From Anthoceros angustus (lineage: Eukaryota; Plantae; Anthocerotophyta): a stretch of 64,000 nucleotides of DNA. This document shows positions 22,116-31,841 of this stretch, piece by piece (positions within the stretch are counted from its first letter, which is position 1; every line of letters begins with the position of its first letter). The stretch is from NCBI GenBank assembly GCA_010909165.1, contig VJWM01000025.1:2728001-2792000 (forward strand). Reading direction: 5' to 3'. A program made the position numbers and the translations under genes. The notes beneath the pieces are model-generated. The model was given only the letters and a program-made list of their open reading frames with translations, was not told where the DNA came from and did no database searches.

Positions 22116-24075
22116 CTAGTCACGATACTTCATGGACTTGGTGTCAAAACCAGGCATATCAAACGAAGCTGCAAACTTCTCCACATCAGCCTTCAGCGCA
22201 GCGATTTCCTGGTTGTTCTCCAATCCTTTGTTGAAATCCTTCAGGAGTTTACCGTGCTCCTTCTGGATGGCCAACGTGATGTCAACAGCCCTGGAAAGAA
22301 ATACGCCGATCTGCTCAAAGTCAGCCTCCTTCAAACCTCTTGAGGTCATGGCAGGTGTGCCAATGCGCACCCCTCCTGGAGACAACGCACTGCTATCACC
22401 GAAAACTGCATTCTTGTTCAGTGTGATATGAGCCAGCTCACAAATTTTCTCCACCTTGTTCCCTGCAATTAGCATCTCATGCGTTAGCAGTAATCAGACA
22501 CTCCCCCTGGTTCATATTGCAGAGGACATATAAAGATAGCTTATCTGGTCCTGCACATGCTGCTAGTAAAGATGGTTCAAAAAGCAGCTCACCCGTGAGA
22601 CCAAGGGGCCTGAGGTCCCAAAGAATCAGATGATTCTCTGTTCCGTTGGTAACAAGCCTGTAACCCTTCTTGATAAGGGCATCAGCCAGAGCAACAGCAT
22701 TTGCACGAATCTGCTTCGCATAGGCCTTAAATCCAGGACTGGCAGCTTGCTTCAGGGCCACCGCTAGTGCCCCGATCTGGTGATTATGAGGGCCACCCTG
22801 GAGAGATGGGAAGACCGAGAAATTGATTTTGTCCTCATAATCATAAACAGCATCCGCAGCCTGCCCCTTCTTGGCTGGCTTCGGACCCTTCCTGAAGAAG
22901 ATCATGCCAGCCCTCGGTCCCCGGAGGCTTTTGTGTGTCGTGGTAGTCACCACGTCGCAGTACTCAAAAGGATTGGCAGCCTCCTGGCAAGATGAAGGAA
23001 CAATGATCAGAGAAGCCGCCAGTGGAAGAAAACACCATCGCAAACAGAGCTCAGAGGAACCTGGCTGTGGAAACCATAAGATGTCAGATGCGAAAGCTGA
23101 AACGGACATAGGTCAAGAAAAAGGACATACTTGAGCAGCGACAAGGCCACTGATGTGAGCCATATCACACATGAGCAGTGCTCCAACTTTGTCGGCAATA
23201 ACCTTGAACTTAGCATAGTCCCAGTCCCTCGGGTAGGCACTTCCTCCGCAAATGATGAGCTTGGGCCTGAAGTCCAAGACTTTCTCCTCCAGCTTCTCGA
23301 AGTCAATGTAGCCAGTTTCAGAGCTCACCTTGTAAGGCAGACTTTCGAAGTAGATGGAGGTGGCGGATATCTTCTTCCCCGTGGACGCGTAATAGCCGTG
23401 AGTCAGATGGCCGCCAGAAGGCAGATCCAGACCCATGATGCGGTCGTGCGGGTTCAACAAGGCGGTGTACACCGCGAAGTTGGCAGGGGAACCAGAGTAG
23501 GGCTGCACGTTCACCCCCCACCGCTCCGGATCCAGGCGGTAAGCCTCCAGAGCGCGCTTCCGGCACAGGTTCTCGATCTGGTCGATGAACTCGTTGCCCC
23601 CGTAGTAGCGAGCACCAGGCAGCCCCTCCGAGTACTTGTTGGTGAGTGTGGAGCCGAGAGCTTCGATCACAGCCTGCGAGGTGAAGTTTTCGGACGCGAT
23701 CAGCTCAATGCCCTTGTACTGCCGCACCTTTTCCTTCTCGATCAGATCAAAGATCTCCTCGTCCGCCTCCTGCAGCGGCGTTAGCCCCCACTCCTGAACC
23801 GACTCCATCACGTCCTCTGCACTGGAAGCAGTTCCCTCGAAGTGTTTCTGCGCCAAAGCCCCTAGTCTGCCCAGATGCCTCGCAGCAGAGCCCCGATCTG
23901 GAAAGCAACCTCTACTGAAGGCACACAGAAAGCGATCTACAGGCAAGCGGGGCTTTCGACTGAATAAAAATGCAGGGGCAGCAGAGACAGCCAAGGCTGC
24001 CACCTCGAGATCGCAGCGGCTGCCCGGAAAGGCAGCAGAAGAATGAGCGACGGGTGTGGCAGCCACGATCGCCAT
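22116..24075 (-). CDS. SHM: Serine hydroxymethyltransferase, cytosolic-clade (SHM4-like) core with an in-frame 89-aa N-terminal extension; 3 exons
   Basis: [68 protein letters not shown] | PLP-Lys motif [19 protein letters not shown] | [28 protein letters not shown]...MKYRD*. ATGs at 24075 and 23808 are in frame. Confidence 0.97.
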
Positions 24076-24427
24076 AACCTCGACTCTGACTGCCTGCTGC
24101 CAACCCTTGTGCCTTTCTCTCTCTCCACATCGTCCCTCTCTCTCTCCCGTCCCTTCTTTACAATTTCAAGCAAAGTGGGGTTCTTTATTGAAAGGCAAGG
24201 ATGGGTGAGCCCATCTACCTACTCCGTAGACGACATCAAAGTAAGCTTCTGGGTACTTACATACACGGGAGTCTTTCCTAAATATATACTAAATAATATT
24301 TTAGGCTAAATTAATATTATTTATTTATTTTCATTAATTAATTCATGCTCATAGGAATCTCATATTAATAGTCACATATTTGAACAAGAAAGTGGAAACT
24401 TCAAAAAAATAAAGAGATGGAAACCAT

Positions 24428-26051
24428 CTACCCAGATGGGGAACAACCATTAAAGGCCAAGGGCTGTGGTAGAGGCGGGGCGGGGCGGGGCGGGAGGGTA
24501 AGGGCTAGCCTCCCGAATGTCGATCCGAAACTACCAACCACCCCAAGTATGTCATGATCAGAAATAAGAAAAGGCCTATCTACGACAAGTGCCACTGATT
24601 CCACATCTCCCGCGCTCGTTGCCATCCTGTAAATAGAGTTGGCCAATGCCCTCCGCAGGGCGATGGAGACCCACTGTCGAAAGAAAGCCACCACGGAGGA
24701 AAGAGGGAGACCCACCCCGTTTCGTCTACCGTGGTAGGCCTTAGCACAATCCTTAATGAGCTATCCGAAATTCGTTCCCATGACCCCGTGGTCTTGATGG
24801 CGGGGATGAAAGCATGGCCATCCTCCATAGGCATGTACTTGTATACTTTGGATGTCGAGCATCCTCGCCGCCCAACCTAAAGGTTGATGATGACGTGCTC
24901 ACAACACCTCTCGTAGGGTCCATTACGATGACCTCCGCAATAGAGATTTGATCCCCACAGTCGAAATAGACCCCTATGTGAAATGACACGTCATTGAGCG
25001 GGGGTGTATGGTCGCTCCCTATGCGGAAGAATTCCGCTCTCGCCATCGAGAACATGACGCCATGACGGCATCATGCGGAAGCTCACGCCCTCCGGTGGGC
25101 GGTGAGCTAGGTAGGACCCAAAGGCGTCGGGGGCCCCACTGCGAGATGATAGAAGCAGGCAAAGGTGGACTAAGCCTAAAACCTCATCGTGGTAGAAAAA
25201 GAGGTCGGTGCGATTGAGCCTAGATGCAGCGAGCCAAAGGCAAGAGCCCGCTCCTTTCCCGAATAAGAGGAGGCGAGCATAAGCGGGCAGAATAGCGGAA
25301 TCCGAAGAAGGGCACTCTCCACCGCCTGAACGCTTCTTCTCGAGTGAGGCTGAAGGCGCCCATCCGCGGCGTGGAAAAGAGGCATGGCACCACGGCATCC
25401 AAAGATAAGGAATCTAGCCAACCTTGAAAACCTGCAGGAAGGCCCCTCCTCAACACCTAAGACGAGGGCCTCCAAAGATGGGGAATCCTGGATTAAGAAT
25501 CGAGAGGCCAAGACCCCCAAAGAGGGCCCACCTCCTAAGGAAGGTCAGTTGGTGCAGGCCTCAAGGCCCGAAACCAGCGCCCCAAAGGCGATAAGGTAGG
25601 GACGCTTGTCGCCTATCTAAACCTTCACGATACACTCAAAGTGTAAAGCATGATGTCTGCGCGCATAACTGTATGAAGGGACGGAAAGCGGAAAGCTTGA
25701 AAGAAGAAGACGATGGACAACTACGTGGCATATCTCGCAAAGTCGGAAAATGGTGCGAAGGCAAAGATCAGAAGCGGTTCATCGGAAGACGAAGGAGCAC
25801 AAGCTTGGATACATGGCGACATTGACCACATCCAAGGGTAAGGGAAGAAACCTATGGCGCCGAGAGAAGATAGCTCGGAGGAACAAGAGGACGTCTTGAC
25901 ACATGGAGTGCGGCGAGGAGGAAAGCTTCAGGATCCTCTTTTCAAACCTATGCCAAGATGACAAAGTCGTTTAAGCCATTGCCAACAAGAGCAACTATGG
26001 GAGCAACATCAAAGTCCGAAGTGGGCGATATGGAGAAACCCATGCGCAGAC
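24428..26051 (-). mobile_element. Non-LTR retrotransposon fragment, RLE-type (CRE/R2-group-like): RT C-terminal region, zinc knuckle, restriction-like endonuclease and 3' end
   Basis: Motifs pieced together across frameshifts and copies: GKGAGSCL..MRFCLGLVH; DAFGSYLAH...HD (CCHC-like); IAEVIVMDPTR; WAAEDARHPKY; AFIPAIKTTG; SVVAFFRQWVSIALRRALANSI; stop at 24430-24428; AT/TAAA-rich tail toward 24320. Confidence 0.72.
24477..24504 (+). other. G-run tract with G-quadruplex potential
   Basis: ggggcggggcggggcgggagggtaaggg: five or six G3+ runs with 1-3 nt loops. Confidence 0.6.
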
Positions 26052-26280
26052 TATTAGAATTAGCCTAAAAGCGTTATGTTACAACTATGAACCGCTAAAG
26101 TAGTTTTGCATTTTCGATTCACGGTTAAATAACCGTCGCCTTTTGTATAAGATAGTTTCTTTCCATTAATCAATCAACCTTTTTCCTCACATACGCTTTG
26201 CTTCTCGTGTTCTCCGCTTGTGCTCTTGGTCACTTTGGCTCTCTCATGTTGATCCGCCATAGCTATTCTCTTAGCTTTTA
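26052..26280 (+). repeat. Putative Copia 5' LTR (about 229 bp), copy 1
   Basis: Lies between the end of LINE homology and the PBS; TATA-like tataaga near 26146; termini appear to be TA...TA. Left boundary inferred. Confidence 0.6.
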
Positions 26281-29200
26281 TGGTATCGAGCCTATTTCGA
26301 GATTTGGGCGACTAGCATGGGTGCCACGCATCCGACACCACGATCTTGCCATCTTTAGATCAAGATGCCAAGGCCTTGATTTCTGCGACCGACACGACCT
26401 TGCCCGACCGTCCATGCATAGCTTATTTGGAGCAAATCCTTGTCTTGTTTGCGGATCTGGACAAGCGGGTGACCGTCAGCTGCGGAGTTGCCCAAAGGCT
26501 ACGCCACCAACCCATGACGCCTTCATCACCGTATACCAGGCGACAAGGAGCTTTTCTCATGAAAGCCCCAACTCCGGGCGTGCGCGAGGACTATCTGACA
26601 TCTCTCCACAAAGAGCTTTGATTGCGAGATGCGTCGTGTGTCGAGCATTTATCGAGAAGTTGTTGGACATCAAGGCCCTCCACTTGTTTTGTGAAGAGCG
26701 ATCTGAAGGACCTCATGCCCGCCAATCCTTCTCGTACTTGTCATCAAGCGCCTTGCACCATGTTGTAGCTCTCTCTTACATTTATGAGATAGTTGATTCG
26801 ATGATGAATTGGTCGTGGACATTTCATCCTCTTTTGAACCTACCTCTCTCATCTGCGTGGGACTTCTCCCCATAACCTTTTAGAATTAGAGAGACAGCAA
26901 CTACTTCAAGCCCACGATAGAGTTCTAAATCCACGAAATCATGCAGTTTCACCAAGTGTTCTGTAGTCCCCTCTTTGAAAATTGAGTTCGGGGACAAGGA
27001 TAGGTTTAATGGCATGACATTACAACATCGGGCCATGAGGCCACAAATCTTTGAGGAGAATGAGCTGTTGACCATTGTAGATGGCATGAACCCAAGGTGA
27101 CAACACTTAGAGCCAAGAAATCCTAGCACGGAGGCGTAAGGATAGGCGTGCTCGTTCTATACTCATTCTTTAGATAGAAATGTGATGCCACACACCATAG
27201 ATGCCAAAACCTCGGCGGATGTGTGGAAAGTTTTCCGATCTATATATCGGACAAGAGTTGGCGTCACGGTGCATGCATACGAGACTTCTTCAATTTGAGG
27301 ATGCGGGACAATGAGCGTTGAGGCTTATATCAACAAGTTTAGGACTCTTCGTGCTAATCTTGCCTATTGTGATCGATCTTGTGAAGTTCAAGCTATAAGT
27401 ATCTTGGCTTCACTTCCGAGAAAGTTATCACTTTGTTGGCGGTTAGAATGCCACAATACATCTTTGTTCAATACTACACCGGAAGAAGGTAACACTCGAG
27501 GAGGTAATTGGCGCCTTATATGAGGGCGCACAAGGAGTTTTCACAAACCAAAGGGCTCCACTTCCAACAACACAAGAGTATTGTTTACATCAAGAGGCCG
27601 GCTTAGGGTCGAGGTGAGGACGTGGTTCCTACTCGAACCCACAACGAGATGTAATCAACAAGAAGACTTTTGTGTGCAAGCGGTAAGATTCCAGCCATTA
27701 TGAGCGAGGCGCCGTGAAGAAGAAAGGAGGAGAGCCCAGGCGATCATCCTCCGAGCAACGTCACCATCGGCAAGGCTAAGCAGCCCACTATCCTGGCGTT
27801 TGTCGTCCACACAAGTACAATCGACACATGGTTTCTCGATTCGAGAGCCACAAGTCATATTTGCTTTCACAGTGCTTTTTCTTCTTTCACTCCTTCGATG
27901 CCAAGCAGTTTGTCTTATTAGGGGGGCGATAGTGGACTTTCTATCAAAGGTTAGTTATCATTTCACGACTCTTCAAGCCTTACACTCACAAAGGTTCTCT
28001 ATGTCCCTTCCATGACTAAGAACGATCTGTGAAGGACCTCATGCCCGCCAATCCTTCTCGTACTTGTCATCAAGCTTGCACCATGTTGTAGCTCTCTCTG
28101 CTTATGATGATAGTTCGATTCATGATGATGGTCGTGGACATTTCATCCCTTTTTGCCGAACCTACCTCTCATACTGCGTGGGACTTCTCCCCACGCAACC
28201 TTTTAGAATTAGAGAGACAGCAACTACTTCAAACTGTCCCTGATAGAGTTCTAAATTCTGAAATCATGTCTGGAGTTTCACCAAGTGTTCCTGTAGTCCC
28301 CTCTTTGAAAATTGAGTTCAGGGACAAGGATAGGTTTAATGGTACAGATTACAACATCTGGGCCATGAGACTGACCCAAATCTTTGAGGAGAATGAGCTG
28401 TTGACCATTGTAGATGGCACAGAACCCAAGGTGACAACACCTGTTAGAACAGCCGAAGAAATCCTAGCCTGGGAGCGTAAGGATAGGCGTTCGTTCTATA
28501 CTCATTCTGCCTTTAGATAGAAATGTGATGCCACACACCATAGATGCCAAAACCTTATGTGTGGAAAGTTTTCCGATCTATATATCAGACAAGAGTTCGG
28601 CGTCCGGTGCATGCGCATGAGACTTCTTCAATTTGAGGATGCGGGACAATGAGCCCTGAGGCTTATATCAACAAGTTTAGGACTCTTCGTGCTAATCTTG
28701 CCTATTGTGTACAAAGGTGATGTAAGTTCAAGCAAAGTATCTTGGCTTCACTTCCGAAAGTTATCGCACTTTGTTGGCGTTAGAATGCCACAATACATGC
28801 CTGCTGCCTACCACCGCCGTGCAATCAAGGTAACACTCGAGGAGGTAACGCGCCTTATATGAGGAGCGCAAGGAGTTTTCACAAACCAAAGGGCTCCACT
28901 TCCAACAACACAAGAGTATTGTTTACATCAAGAGGCCGAGGCGCTTCCGAGGTAGGTAGAGGACGTGGTTCCTACCGAACCCACAACGAGATGTAATCAA
29001 CAAGAAGACTTTTGTGTGCAATCGTGTAAGATTCTGCCATTATGAACGACTGTCAGGAAGAAGAAAGGAGGAGAGCCCAGCGATCATCCTCCGTAGCAAC
29101 GTCACCATCGCCAAGGCTAAGCAGCCCACTATCGGTTGTTTTGTCGTCCACACAAGTACTCGACACATGGTTTCTCGATCTGTGAGCCACAAGTCATATT

Positions 29201-30966
29201 TGCTTTCACAGCGTGTTTTTCTTCTTTCACTCCTTCTCGCCGATGCCAAGCTTTGTCTTATTAGGGGATATAGGACTTTCTATCAAAGGTTCAGTTCGTT
29301 ATCATTTCCCGACTCTTCAAGCCTTACACTCACAAAGGTTCTCTATGTCCCTTCCATGACTAAGAACTGATGTCATCTCAAGTCACAGGAACATTACACG
29401 CCGAGTGTGTTTTGATCGGCAAGGGTGCTACGTTACAAACTCCAAGTTAGGGCATCATCTTTTCTCGTGCTCACCTTCTCACGATCGCCTCCACACGTCA
29501 AGGCGTGTTAGGTTCTACTCAATCGTTCATTCCACGGTACCTTCCACACAATTGTGGCAATCGCTGCCTTGGACATGTCAATTTCCAACTCGGTTCCCTT
29601 GTCAAAGGTGAGAGTTATCGTGAGCCCTTGAATTCCCTTTTGATAAGGCATACGAGTCCTGTCAATTGAGTAAGGCACATTCACTGCCTTTTAAGGATAT
29701 GGCCCTTAGCCGTGCTGATGGCTTGCTTCATACTGTGCATAGCGACATATGTGGCCCCATGTCCACTAGCTCCTTTGGGGGGGCAGAATATTTCTTGACC
29801 TTCATCGACGAGTGGAGCAGATATTGTGTAGTTTTCTTTCTACGACACAAGAGTGAAGCCTTTGACTGCTTCAAGTCTTATGTTCGCTATGCTCAACGCC
29901 AGACTTCCTGTAAGGTGCGAATCTTGCGAACAGAATGGCGGTGAGTACACAATCACGCATTCGCATCCTTACCCAAGAAGGAATCCTTCATCGACGAGTG
30001 GAGGATATTGTGTAGTTTTCTTTCTACGACACAAGAGTGAAGCTTTTGAGCTTCAAGTCTTATGTTCGCTATGCTCAACGCCGACTTCGTAAGGTGCGAA
30101 TCTTGCGAGCACAATGGCGGTGAGTACCAATCACGCATTCGCATCCTTCCGCACCAAGAAGGAATCCTTCATCGTTGATTCCTTACACTCCAGGAATGCT
30201 TTCTCGGGCATAAAGAACTCTGAAGCCACTTTGGCTTCTCTCTTTCCGGACTCACCGTGGGTATTGGGCGAAGCTTTGATGGCCGTCAACTATGTAATCG
30301 GCTGCCGACAAAGGAGCTTGGCACCATGACCCCTTTTGAAAGATGGACGGGCAAGAAGCCCGAGTTCGACACCTATGAATTTTGGTGCTCGCTTATGCTC
30401 TCGTCCCTCCATTGCGTTCAAGCTTGATCCCAAGGCATCTCGGCATGTTTTGTTACTCGGAGGAGGTGAAGGGCTACAAGTTGTTTAACCTCACCCGTCG
30501 ACTCACTTTATCAAGGAGCGTGGTTTTCCACGAGTCGCTCTTCTTCCTCTTCTGCTTTGCTTCGGATGCGACTCTGTTTCTTCTTCCATCCATGGCATAG
30601 AAGATACAATCTTGATAATTGAGGTTTCTTTGTGACGAGGATGCTTCTCCTTCTCGAAATAAGGAACCAATTTCAGATTATAATGATGGTGAAGATGAAA
30701 AGGCTTGACATGATGGACATTTCAACATCTCCACCACCAGAGGCCCTTGTGATGATAGTGAACTCGTATTCCCATGCACTCTTCGCCGAGCCTCGTTGTC
30801 ACCTCCATCGTAGAGCCCGAATCTGACTCGGTCCCTCCTCTCGTCGTTCCACTCGCATCCGTCGACCTATGCACAGTGGAAAGAGCCCCTTATTCGCATA
30901 TAGTCATGTGGAGTGATTTTCTAAACCAAGTGGTCACAAAGAGGCCACATTTACCCTCTTTATCGT
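26281..30966 (+). mobile_element. Ty1/Copia 5' half (PBS, gag twice, protease, GAG-pre-integrase, integrase), no RT/RNaseH, copy 1
   Basis: PBS tggtatcgagc (tRNAiMet-like) at 26281; gag KIEFRDKDRFNGTDYNIWAMRL; protease WFLDS..ATSH; integrase VHSDICGPM..GGAEYFLTFIDEWSRY...LRT(D)NGGEY; SKLDPK. Frameshifted. Confidence 0.9.
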
Positions 30967-31841
30967 TGTAGACTTGAGATTCGTACCCAAGGGAGTGATT
31001 TCGTGTCAAGACAACCAAAACATAGCCAATCCAACCAAACGGACACGTCAAACATCTAGCGATTCTGAGAACCTACCTAACAACACTCGGACACATGGCT
31101 ATCTTAGCCACGCGCGACCTGATGTCACCCGACAGCAGGTGACCGGTTGCTAACCTTAGCAACCCCTCTATTCTAGCGGTCCACCTTGGGATCAGTCGGC
31201 TATTAATAGAAGGTGGGTCCCAGTCGGGATCAAGTGGATAAAGCTGATCTCTCTCTCTCTCTCTCTTATTCATCCACAAAGTTAGATCCACCAATCGGGA
31301 TTCATAACCCTTTCCCTCCCCCTCACTCTTGCAGCTTCTTGGACTTCCTTGCCTCGTCCCCTTTCAGCTCACCTTCCAGACGACCCTCCAGCTCTCACGG
31401 TCCCTTGGGGTGCCTCTCAGCCCTCCACACTCTCCAAGTTTCCCAGCTCTCTTCTCCTTGTTCTCACACCTCACGCCCATTCAATCCACTTCCTGACTCT
31501 CGGCTCCTCTCCAGTACAAGGTTCTCATCCAGACCTTACACCCTTCACCAACTCTCAAAATACTTGTTCATACCCAGCCATTCCATCTCATCCACTCACG
31601 GATCTTCAACCTCCACTCCACTCTCTTCTTGACCAACACAAACATCACTTACAGACTTCTCAGTCCTTCTTACCTCTCAAACAGCCAATCAGCAACTCTC
31701 CATGTCCAAGATTCTCCACTTCTCTCACGGTTCACTTTTCCCTCTTTTTCCAAACATGACCTCCAACACGAAAACTCAAACACAAGGTGAGTACTAGACT
31801 AAATGAAGGAATGAGGAAAGGGACAGCCTCCCGGCTTCACA
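30967..31841 (-). repeat. Ty3/Gypsy 3' LTR (about 875 bp), copy 1
   Basis: Begins TGTAGAC and ends TTCACA (TG...CA, TGT/ACA inverted ends). Abutted by a polypurine tract on the minus strand (AAGAGGAAGGGGT, 31842-31854). Contains a (CT)n run near 31248-31266. Confidence 0.85.
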
